A stretch of DNA of 64,000 nt, from the NCBI GenBank assembly GCA_001244265.2, contig CDLV01000008.1:1798001-1862000 (forward strand), written 5' to 3'. The stretch comes from Microbotryum violaceum. Its lineage: Eukaryota. Position numbers and translations under genes: made by a program. A model generated the notes under the pieces. The model was not told the DNA's origin. It worked only from the letters and a program-made list of their open reading frames with translations, and searched no databases. Shown here piece after piece: positions 51,903-64,000 of this stretch (the stretch's first letter is position 1; each line of letters begins with the position of its first letter).

Positions 51903-52753
51903 TTACAGCGGCTTAGCAAGTCCCAACCTCTCTCGGATCATCTGCGTCGTTTCGCCCTGGCTATTGACGTAATTGTCCACGCCTGGGACGCTGCCCCCCG
52001 CCTCGAGCAGTTTCCGCTCGTCCAATGTCAGAAATCGACCGCCTGGTCCTCGTGGTCTTCGCATCGCATGGGCGTGACGTGATTCGTGGATATAGGGCTG
52101 AAAGAAAGGAAGTTAGCAAAGTACGCGAAATACCATAAGCTGCGAGTTTTCAGGATACGGGAAGGAAAGAGAGGAGAGAAACTAACTTTGCGCTGCCTTG
52201 ACAACCGGCCCATCTCTTCCAACCTTGCCCTTGCTGCTCTCCGCTTGATGATTCGATGGTATTGCTTGGCGTTTACATACAATGGCTCGTCGGCCTGTTC
52301 CTCCTCTTCTCCGTCCCGACTTTCGAGCGGTGCCTCGCTACCGTTGTCATCCGCGGGGATAGAAGTGCCGGCGTCACCGTTGGAGTCCTCATGATTCGGC
52401 GTCGGTGCTGGCTCCGGGGCCCGTGTTGCGGTTTGGTATAAATCGTGCGTTATTGGTGAACCTGTCGAACTAGCGGCATCGTTCGGAAAGTTGTGATCGA
52501 ACCCGTTCTGAGACGGTGGCCTCGATCTGTTCATCCCTGTCAGATTATTCGAGTATGTGTTCCCGGAGTGCATATGGTGGTGGGGTACATGGTGCGACTG
52601 TTGATGCGAGTGATGGAGTTGAGGTGAGTGATGGAGTTGAGGTGGGTGATGTTGTGGGTGCTGCATCTGCTGGTGGGGCGGCGGCTGGTGGCTGTGATGA
52701 CCGCCGTGACCGACCGCGACCGACGAGAGGGCATGCAGCGCCGAGTCGTTCAT
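51903..52753 (-). CDS. HAP2: CCAAT-binding factor subunit Hap2/NF-YA, 2 exons
   Basis: [48 protein letters not shown], with intron 52185-52098. Confidence 0.95.
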
Positions 52754-54050
52754 CGTGGCAGCCGAGAGCGAGCAGTACGTGGGACCGGGCGAGGGTGAAC
52801 CCGAGATCAGCCTTGCGAGGTCGACGTACTGCACCTGGCGGTTGAATTGCGACCGACGCGGAGGGGTGGTGCAGTGCGAACTGAGAAGGTCTTGGCGCGA
52901 CGGCCGATGATTGTCCTGCTCTGCGGCCGTGCGAAGTCGCTCGGATGGGGCGGTGAAATACGGGCGGTAAAGTCTCGCCCCCCACTGCAGTCTAAAGATA
53001 GTTCCCCCAATCGCTGTAGAGACGACGAAGCGATGATCAGACTAGAAGTGCTCAAGCCGGCTAAGAATGGGGCATCAAACTCGCGGCTTGCACGGTTCGA
53101 CGCAAGCAGAAGCGCGATTTGCGCGGTGGATTTGCGCCAGGCCCATCTGGGTCGATCCAGCGTGAGGGCGGAACCACCACGGCCAGCCGGCCCGATTGCG
53201 CCGGCGCCGACGGCTCATTGACCTGCCGAGCACGTGACCCATAGTCACGCGCCGCCTTACTAGTCCTCTTACTAAGTACTTGGAATGTTGAATAGACACC
53301 ACTCAGCAGGTGATTAACGAACCGCGGGGCGGCGACGAGTCCCTGAACTTCTCAAGGGTGCCCTCTATAAAGTCACACTCACCCAATCATCATCATGGCC
53401 CGCGGATAGTACTTAGCCGCAAGCGAATAAACACCGCAAGACAAGGCTAGACTCAACGACGAATCCACATTTCATTCAGGAGCTAGTAGCCGCCCGTCCC
53501 GAAGAGACTTCACGATCCTTGTCGACGGCCTCTTCTCAGCACAGGGCTTCGCATTAGATCAGGTAGATGCCTATCTATATCTACACCTCCTATAACTATC
53601 GTTCATCTATCTATATGGCCATAGATCATAGATAGACAGATACGCTTGGACGTAATCTGCCAGGAATACACATTGAGGAGATAGGTTGTCCATGGTCAGA
53701 GGGGTTCAAGCATATTCAGGAAGCATATCCGCTTAAGTTTCCAAGACCTTATCAAGTCATTGGCTTGGCTCCAAACGGTGGCGGTGAGACAGAGGCCGCC
53801 CTCCCGGCTGCCCGTTGGGTACTAGTTCGGTCGGCTTCTATCTCGGAAGCGAAGTAAAACATTGCCTATCCTGAAGGCATGAAGCCTGAGACCTGAGCTC
53901 CTGAAAGGAAATGGGCAAATGAGCCAGAAGATTTTGGAGTCCGCATATTGCCACTGGTCGTCTGCCGGTTTCACTTCTCCCTTTTCTAGTACCTCCCCGT
54001 CTTCTCCCTCTCTAGCTCATAAATCCCCAAAATTCTCATCATGCTACAAC

Positions 54051-55628
<1,578 letters not shown>

Positions 55629-56551
55629 GTGAGTGTCAGGCCTTGGCTATGACTGGGGCGTGCGCCAGCGCCATGTTCCCACGAGCCCCTGTCTTGTCTT
55701 CAGGTCTGCGTAACCTCTACCGGATGCACATCCCGCATGTGACCTCTCGGCCGGAAACATCATGGTTGCTAAAGATGGACAAGGTGTGCTCATCGATTAC
55801 GACCTGGCCGTTTCCATCAAGGATGACGATCGAGCCTCGGCTCGCGAGCGAAGCCGCCTCGTGGTATGTCGTGATCGCACGACACAGTCGCCGTTCGCCT
55901 AATCGATGCGTGAGCTAACAAGACCCAGCTGCTCGTTCTTATAGGGCAATTTTCACTTCATAGCTCGCCAAAGGTTCCCAGCCCGCCGTGGTGCGGGGAG
56001 GCTGGCTCTACCTCATCAGCCCTGGCATGACATCGAGCCGCTCGCGTACGTGATCCTCTTCCTCGTGTTCAGTCGACCTGAAGGACCGAATGGCCCGAAA
56101 GCCATGTCGGACCAGGCCAAAAAAAACTGGTCAGGTTGGGACAAGGGTGTCGGCGGGGTCTTGGCCAAGACTTCACTCTTCCTCTGCCGACCTAGGCTGC
56201 AAAAGATACTCGATCGATACGAAACGTTCTGGACCGGTGTTTCCGATCTGGTCGGGATCGTCGTCCGCTCTTGCGGATTGATGGACCCGCATTCTTGCAA
56301 TCTGGTCATGGAAGAAGAAGCGCAGATGGAAGACCAGTGGGAGCGGGGTCGAATCTCTCACAATCAATTCATTGCTGAGGTGTCCGCCTTCATCAACAAG
56401 CCTTCGAATGGGAATGCCTGCATATGATTGCGTAGGATATTGCTGTCTCTAGCAAGCAGCTGTCTGAGTGCCTGAGCCCGCACGAGTCCGTCTAATGCTC
56501 CACCCGCTGCTTCTCCATTCACGTGCTTTGGCCCGAAAGGGACTTGAAATG

Positions 56552-57388
56552 GAGAACCTAACTCTCTCTCTGAGACATTCTTTGATGTTGGATCCGAGGA
56601 CACGATGGCTGCTATAGCAAACAAGGTTAACCTCATAGTAAGCCATGCCCTTGGATCATGGCCCCTTCTCATTGACACCACGCAGATTGATCACAAAACA
56701 CGGCGCAGGCTCGTCATGTGCGATACTTGCCCTGATGCCCTACCACCTTCAAGCGGAGATTACCCCAACACCGACAAGGCGTGTGATTTGATCATATTCC
56801 TTCCAGAGCGTGCTATCGACCCGAGCTTGTCAAGCCGTGTACCCGCAGCGGCCGGATTGCTAACTCGCCGGCACATCCTGGCGAAGGTTGCAGATTGTCA
56901 AACGGCAAGGAAGATCAGGAGGATGACACGAAGGACACCAGGTGTATAAACCACGTTGCGGCTTTGGGTGAGATCAAGAAAGGGGACTTTATACACCTGG
57001 TGTCCTTCGTGTCATCCTCCTGATCCTCCTTGCCGTTCGAGAATCCAGTGCAACCTTCGCCAGGATGGGCCGGCGAATTGGCAATCCGGCTGCGGGTCCA
57101 CGGCTTGACAAGTTCAGGTTGACAGCACGCTTCCAATTTCAGGAATATGGTCAAATAAAACGCCTTGTCGGTGTTGGGGTAATCTCCGCTTGAAGGTGGT
57201 AGGGTATCAGGGCAAGCATCGCACATGACGAGCCTGCGCCGTGTTTTGTGATCAATCTGCATGGTGTCAATGAGAAGGGGCCATGATCCAAGGACACGGC
57301 TTACCACGAAGTTAACCTTGTTTGCTATAACAACCATCGTGTCCTCGGATCCAACATCAAAGAATGTCTCAGAGAGAGTTAGGTTCTC
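56552..57388. repeat. Long inverted repeat (arms 56552-56950 and 56988-57388, 37-bp spacer), roughly 90% identical
   Basis: The arms encode mirror ORFs 56605..56949(+) and 56915..57337(-). A 37-bp direct repeat of 57334-57370 follows at 57393. Confidence 0.95.
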
Positions 57389-58277
57389 GCAGCCATCGTG
57401 TCCTCGGATCCAACATCAGAGAATGTCTCTTGGGCGAAGACAAATTCGACGAGACGTTCCAACTTGGCTTGGATGACGAATTATTTGTGAAGTAGTCCCC
57501 TAGAGGCTCTGAGCGTGCATCAACTCATCGATATGCTCTTTTACGTGCCTTTCAGGTTTGGTTTTACTACTTGTAGATCGACTATTCGACACAAAGGGAT
57601 TTGTTGGGGCGGGGTCGGCCCCTGATCGCCCCGTCATCTGCGAGTCTAAAGAACCATCGCAGCGAGTGGGCAACTGAGTGAACACTGCACCTCCGACGGG
57701 ATAGACAGCCGGATCACGAGGGAGCCAGAAGACCAGACTAAGTACAATAGATCATCCGAACTCACTTATTTTATTGGATGGGCTTGAGCTTCTGCCAGAG
57801 GTGGAAGGTAACTTATCGCTTAAACAATCGCGCGCCCGGGCCGATCGGCTGCAGTGGAAGTCTGATGTCGATCTAGACTTTGGAAGCTGGATGAAGGGCG
57901 AAGATGATCCCGGTGGTGCATTAACCGTGCCGTGGACAAAGGTTGTGTCGAAGTTGTGTCGATGGGTGATAGTAGTAGTAGATGACCCTGAAACTCATCG
58001 GGAGTGATAGACTAGCGATGCAGAATGACCTCGCGCACTGCAGAGCTCAAACTGAAGACGAAGGACGCGGAGAGATTCGGAGGGATTCTGTCTCTCTATC
58101 TATCTACCTGTTTACATCTAATTAAAAGAATCTATCTATCTATCTACATCTAATCAAAAGATTGCATAAGGTTCTCAGGCGCACGGGCCCGCACCGATTC
58201 TTTTTTTCCTCCCCTCACGGTCCCTCGGGCAGACAAAAAATGAGACGCCCTTGGGGACATGAGATTCGCGCGTCGCG

Positions 58278-58315
<38 letters not shown>
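58278..58315. repeat. Poly-A tract (~38 nt)
   Basis: Read directly. Confidence 0.9.
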
Positions 58316-58317
<2 letters not shown>

Positions 58318-58500
58318 AGAAAAGGCGCGCGAAAAAAAAGGGTCCTCAACTCCGGAGCAGGCTGGCTTTTGCTTTGACTTGTCTAACGATCAAAACCTCG
58401 AAGACCTCGATGTTGATGGGGTAAATGCGGAGCTCGATTTCGCGGAGTACGGTGATGACGGCGATGACGATCAGGTATGCGATCGCCAAGACTGCGATCA

Positions 58501-61500
58501 GCTTGCCCTAGGAACGGAAGTCGGCGACGAACTGCTGGACGAAGAAGCCAAGTCGAAGAGATCCGAGTTCAAGGTTTAGAGTCTAATGCTCTTGAGATTG
58601 AGGAAGCGCGGCGGAAGTATTCAGTGGCTGTTCGATGGTCGGAAGAGAACCTTGCAATGTGATAGTTCTTCAAATCGTACTATTGCTCGTTGGCTGGAAT
58701 TGATGGTTCAAGCTGGACCTCAGCCGAGTGACAAAGTGACAGCCGCGCAGTGTCGTCAATGCGGTACATGTTACAATCTATTACCTATAGTTGCAATCCA
58801 AACTCGCTAGTCTCCGACAAACAACGTATGCTTTGTCTCGTGGCCGCGGGATATGAGGGGTTCGTTCCAGCGTCGAAGGAAAAAAAACTCCGAAGGCGCG
58901 TTCGACAAGGGCGGGGTAGCAAGGCGAGTGTGATCGTTTGGACGTTCGGTCGAAGAGCTGGCGGTAGCATGTTCAATTGAATCGGCAAGTGATTGCATCT
59001 GCTGCTCAATCACCTCCCTTGGCTGTCGCTTCGGACCAAAGTTCGGCGGCGGAGGTAACGTATCACCCTCCAATCCCTGTTCGGATCGGGACTTGGGATC
59101 ATCTCCTGAATCCTTCGCTTCCCCGCAAGGATGATCTGAACCCGACGCCTCTCCGCATTTGAGTCCGAAAGTCCCGTCGAAGGTAAATCCTTTTCGCTCG
59201 CTTCGTCGTCGTCGCGGGCGCTAGTAGCGCTGACGCCGAGCAACACTTGCGCTGTTCCCCCAGTCTTCCTCTTCTTCTTCTTGCTCCCAACTTGCAAACC
59301 TTTGACGCGTTTCGAAAGCGGGGCTGCTGTAGCGTCATCATCCTCTTCGTCGCCGTGGCTATTTAGTTCCGCGTTACGCTGAGCAACCTTCTCGTTTCGC
59401 ATGCGCATCTTTTCCGCCATGCGATCTTCCTTGAAGCGGTCGTTCGGGTTGGAGGGCCACGTATCCGAGTCGCCGACGTCCCTGTCGTCCGCCGTGAAGG
59501 AATTGTAGGCCTCGTCGTCGTCGGCTTTCTGTGACTGCGAAAATGCGGGCCGAATTACGCCAGTCCTCCATCGCCCAATGGACGTTAGTAGTGAATTGTC
59601 GGGAGAAGAACAGACACCAAAGTCGAGCAGGGGAAGAGTCGAGCCGGATTCCAAGGGATTTGACCAGTCGTTAACGTAAGGCACATTGTCGCGGATCCAG
59701 TCTACGAAACCGAGAGCCGAGAGGTTAGCAATGAAGCACGGAACAAGGGACGGAAAACAGCAAACTTGAATCGACGGGACTCACCTATGTTATCCAGGCT
59801 TAGGTTGTGAAAGTTGATCAGCTCCAGATATGCTGCTCGACCTCGTTTCTCAGCCGCGACCCTAGCTTCCGTCTTGCCGAAAGCTATCGCGCTTTGTCCA
59901 ATTGAGCGTAGACTGGCTCGGCGAGCTTCGAGTTGGGCAGTCAATGCAACGAGTTGTAGTTCCTGTTCCTTCATCGACTGAGAGGGAGCTGAAGCGGCAA
60001 TTGCAGATGCAGATGTGGGTGCGGGGCTCCACGTCGAAGGATCGAGTCGAGGCGTCGTATTCAAAGTGCCGAGTTGGGATCCAAAGAACGAAAACACCGT
60101 TTGAATCGCCGACATCATTTTCTGGAGCGTTACCAACATGTTCATCATTTCGAGCTGTTGAGCTGGAGTGAGTGGAGCTTGAGCTTGAGGTTGAGGCTGA
60201 AGGCGCGAATGGGCCTGGGAAGAGTCGGGCACGAGCCCCGACACGCGGTCGATATGTTGTTGTACCGAAAGAGGTGCATCGCCAGCGGTTGCAGCGCCGA
60301 AAGATGAAGCCGTATTGGTTCATGGCCACGCTGAACAAACCGTCGGTCGAGCCAGATGTTGATTTGTTCATGTTTATCACGAGAGGCGAGGGGAAGACAG
60401 TGGCGGGAGGAAAGGAGGCAAATCCAGGCCGGACTCGAGGCGGTTGCCTGGGTGCCGGCCTCAGGGTTAAGCAGCGCTGCAGCCAAGGATCCGCATTAGA
60501 TCAGATCACCGTCAGATCAGATCAGATCTGATCTGTCATCCTCATTCTCATCTTCATCCTCATCATCCTCCAAAGTGATCACCTTGCTAAGCCGCCGCTT
60601 TTTGAGGAGCTCCCCGCTTCTATGACTAGATTGGCTCGCATGATCCCTTTGGGAAAGTGTTTGCAATGAGTCAGCACCTGACACTGCAACGAAGGCCTAT
60701 CAGAGGAGGACCACACCCTGTAGTATTTCTGTGGCGCGAGGCCGACACCCAATACGGCGGCGATGTCAGATGGCAGATGGCGCGCTCCTTTCTCTGATCA
60801 GCTGAGGTGTGCCGCAGTTGGCATTTCAAACCACAATGGCACCATCTAGGTACCGCCTACTTTTGGATTTTATTTTCTCGAGGCTTGCTCGATCTGAACT
60901 TGATCTGTATGAGGCGCCGGGAGGGACACGAGAATCGCGCGCGGAAAAAAAAAGGAAAGGGAGACAAGAGACAGGAAAAAAAAAAAAAAAGAAGAGGCCG
61001 CTTGCGCAAGGTCTCGGTCCTGACTCATGACTCATGGCATGGCATGACTTGCCTCCAACCCAGTGGACACAGAGAGGTCTTTTGAATCTCATTCGTAGCC
61101 ATCAGCTCTTCTGCACCCACCTAGCTGAGCCTGCTGCTGTTACTGCTCTCTGCTGAACCCTGAGGCCGCCGGCGGCCCGACACAGGCAACCGCCTCGAGT
61201 TCCGCCTGGATTTGCCTCTTTTCCTCCTGCCACTGTCTTCCCCTCGCCTCTCCTAATGAACATGAACGGTTCAACATCTGGCTCGACCGACGATTTGTTC
61301 AGCTTGGCCTTGAATTCCGATACGGCCTCTTCTTTTGGCGCTGCAACTGCTGGCGATGCACCTCTTTCGGTACAACAACATATCGAGCGCGTGGTGGGGC
61401 GAGCGCTCGACTCTTCTTAGAAACCTCAACCTCAAGCTCCACTCACTCCAGCTCAACAGCTCGTTACGATGAACACGGTGGTAACGCTCCAGAAAATGAA

Positions 61501-62205
61501 AAACAATTCGCTGCCATGGCTGTCAAAATCGAAGCTCGCCCAGCCGTCCTTGCGGGGAAGCAAAGAATTCAGGAGATTCGGATCCGAAGAGGGATCAGGA
61601 GAAAACGTTACCTCCGCCACCGAACTTTGGTCCGAAGCGACAGCCAAGGCAGGTGATTGAGCAACAGATGCAATCACTTGACGACTCAAGGGAACCTGCT
61701 ACCGCTAGCTCTTCGACCGAGACTCCAGAAGATCTCGCTCGCCTTGCTACCCCGCCTTGTCGAACGCGCCTTCGGAGATTTTTTCCCCTCGACGCTCGGA
61801 ACGAACCTCTCGTCCCCTGCGGCCACGAGACTAACCATGCGTTGTAGACTAGCGATTTCGGATTGAAACTATAGACATTAATTCATAACATGTACCAAAT
61901 TTTGACTCTTGTGCGAGACAGAGACAATCGGCGCATCGGCGACACTGCGTGGCTGTCACTTTGTCACTCGGACGAGGCCCAGCTTGGACCATCAATTCCA
62001 GCTAGCGAGCGATAGGATATGATTTGAAAAGCTGTCACATTGCAAGGTTCTCTTCCGACCATCGAACAGCCACCAAACACTTCCGCCGCGCCTCCTCAGT
62101 CTCAAGAGCATTACAGTGGAAATCTTGAACTCGGATCTCTTCGAATAGCGCTGTATTGGCTTCTTCGTCCAGCAGTTCGTCGCCGATTTCGTTCCTAGGG
62201 CATGC
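58501..62205. repeat. Older large inverted duplication: 58501-59115 plus 60150-60475 mirrored at about 61150-62205
   Basis: For example GCCCTAGGAACG..CGGCGACGAACTGCTGGACGAAGAAGCC at 58505 has its reverse complement at about 62160-62200. The right arm lacks about 1 kb of the left arm. Confidence 0.85.
59010..60244 (-). CDS. Hypothetical coiled-coil/acidic protein, 2 exons; start uncertain, possibly TE-borne
   Basis: ORFs 59702..60244 and 59010..59684 are joined by an intron at about 59785-59702 (GTGAGT..GTAG): ..HNLSLDNI|DWIRDNVPYVNDW. Confidence 0.4.
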
Positions 62206-62360
62206 TGATGGCCGCCGTCTTGAAGGTGGGTGAGAACAGGCAGCAGCGTAGCCATCTCGGGCGATGGGGACTGTAGGATTCAAGAGAGCTTTCTCTGGCC
62301 CCTGGATTGGAGGGAAGTCATGCAGGCCAGTCATGACCGACGACCTTGATTTTTATTTTT

Positions 62361-62392
<32 letters not shown>

Positions 62393-63014
62393 GGGGGCTG
62401 TCTCTCGTCTCTCTTTGCTAGCCCCCTTTTTTTTCTCGCGCGACTGTTGTTGTGAGTCGCCGTTGGGGACACAAAAGGGAAGATCTCGGTCCCAAGGGCT
62501 TGAGCTTCCAGCAAACTGAGTTGCGAGCTGCTGCAGTGCTGTGCTCGGAAGGTAATAGAAACTATGGTGCGGCAAAGAAGTCAGCAGCTTTCCTGCCACG
62601 CGCACGCTTACATACATGATCGAGCTCGCTCGAAACACCAAAACAAAGCAACAACAAAACAAAAAACAAAAAAGAGAGGGGCCCTCTCTGACTCCATATA
62701 CTATATACTTGACCCAGCAGCCCCGCTTTTAGGTTCATTGAGGCCATTCTTCTCACGTTTGGGCGGTTCGGGCATCGATACTATAGCTACTTGTCCACCT
62801 TGCCATGGCCCAGGAGGAGCACCTCGAAGCGCGTCGCTTTTTTTTGACACACCAAGCTCATTTCGGCTCCTACGCAAGTTCGTACAACATCAAATACGTC
62901 CCCATAGTCCACAGATAGCAACAAAAGGGTTAAAACCTCTATAATATCAAACCTCGAATTTCGAAAAATAATGGTATTATATACGCCCAGCGTTTTAAGG
63001 TACCGCTCGTTCCA

Positions 63015-63123
63015 GCCCTTGTAGATCAGTGGTATAGATCGTTGTGCTTGTACGATCCAAGCTTTTAAAGCTCGGCTTTCGCGCGCAACACAAAGGTCTG
63101 GTGTTCAAATCACCACTGGGGCT
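63015..63123 (+). tRNA. tRNA-Thr(UGU) with a 35-nt intron (63053-63087)
   Basis: Acceptor GCCCTTG/CTGGGGC, D stem GATC/GATC, anticodon stem TTGTG/CACAA with CT-TGT-A, T arm TGGTG-TTCAAAT-CACCA, and a downstream T run. Confidence 0.85.
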
Positions 63124-63477
63124 CGTCTTTTTGTGCCGCCAGGCGCTGTTGCGCGGTTTTTATGTGAGCGTTCGATTACGCCCAAGGTTTAATATTTCCT
63201 TTTTAGTTGCTTCTTGGTATCACTTTTTTTTTTCTCCAGACGTTACGTTCAAGTCTGGCCCCGAAAGTTGACGATGTGGAAGATCAATGCCGATGCCGAG
63301 GAGTGGGTTCATCTCGTTCGCGATCGCTCTGGGGGGTATCCAAGTTCATTTCAAAACACTGCTTTCAACAAGTTTTCGGATTGGGGTACCAAATTACAAA
63401 AAAGAAAGCAGAAAAGACAAAGCAAAGCAAAGCATGGTACGTGCCTCAAAGCTCCCCCTGCGGTTTTCACACCCCAC

Positions 63478-64000
63478 TCAAACGACTACCGTCTTTTGCA
63501 AAGTCTTGAGATCCGATCCCGTTCCCGTCGTCGAAGGCGGATCATCCACGTCCATCGCTCCACCATTCTGAGCGTGTTCGCCAACGACGGCTTTTAATCC
63601 CGCAGCTATATAAGCTTGTTCCTCCGCAACGCTCAATTGTTTTTCTCGATCATCTCCCAATAACCCATTACGGGCGTTCACGCGGGGTACTTTATCACCA
63701 CTCATCAGACCTCCCAGGAGGAGCGCAAGAGGAGCGATACCTACTTCACCTACGACGCCTGTTCGAGCTGCCGATTCGGCGATTCGATTGACTAGAGTAT
63801 CGTCGGCGTAGATGGAAGGGGAAACGGGGTAGTACCTCCCTGCGAGATCGGTCATCAGGAGATCGACTTCCCGACCAGGGGTGAGGCAACGCCAACGATG
63901 AGCGGGGAAAGGAGGCGCCGGCATCTTTTTGCGGTAGTGTAACGTGTTGGGTGTTAGGGATCCCGTTCCAACACCGTTGTTGTTGAGTGCTTTGGTAGAA
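63478..64000 (-). CDS. 3' end of a second Clr2-like paralog (runs off the window)
   Basis: MPAPPFPAHRWRCLTP..LAGRYYP..LLLGGLMSG..REKQLSVAEEQA aligns by eye with IPPAPPGYEFHCLTHP..LAGRYHP..LAMAGLTPG..RHDAVIASEEKG of 47336..50696. Confidence 0.6.
   Translation of the reverse strand, partial: STKALNNNGVGTGSLTPNTLHYRKKMPAPPFPAHRWRCLTPGREVDLLMTDLAGRYYPVSPSIYADDTLVNRIAESAARTGVVGEVGIAPLALLLGGLMSGDKVPRVNARNGLLGDDREKQLSVAEEQAYIAAGLKAVVGEHAQNGGAMDVDDPPSTTGTGSDLKTLQKTVVV

Noticed and set aside
56050..56427. RYETF similarity to ORF 5491..6204
   Set aside because: Too short to support homology by eye.
58162..58579. Poly-Lys ORFs
   Set aside because: Artefacts of the poly-A tract.
60890..60920. Right terminus partner for the 60484 motif
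   Set aside because: Only weak similarity and no TSD.

Overview
Eukaryotic, intron-rich, GC-rich fungal DNA. It is most likely a basidiomycete; Pucciniomycotina/Microbotryomycetes is an inference from gene style only. Recognisable genes: a LEA/hydrophilin-like gene, a GAF-domain gene, a His-rich repeat protein, NCE101, a protein carrying APC/C degron motifs, a large group X-type hybrid histidine kinase (STK-like + P-loop + GAF + HisKA/HATPase + 2 receivers), a divergent H2B/H2A pair, a CUE3/ASCC2-like gene, a PIN-like/auxin-efflux-family transporter, ETR1, a head-to-head Red5/ZC3H3-like + Clr2-like pair, HAP2/NF-YA, an intron-containing tRNA-Thr(UGU) and the 3' end of a second Clr2 paralog. 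Decayed, TE-rich blocks lie between them (about 14.8-21.4, 35.7-39.1 and 53.4-62.9 kb). These contain a hAT transposase disabled by a solo LTR (5-bp TSD) and a precise 268-bp inversion, a Helitron Rep fragment, orphan gene fragments and five fold-back inverted duplications, two of them tied to one GATC-rich terminal motif. A strongly self-complementary ~780-nt intergenic segment at about 51.0-51.8 kb is a candidate structured ncRNA. Gene models were spliced by eye, so boundaries need RNA-seq confirmation.
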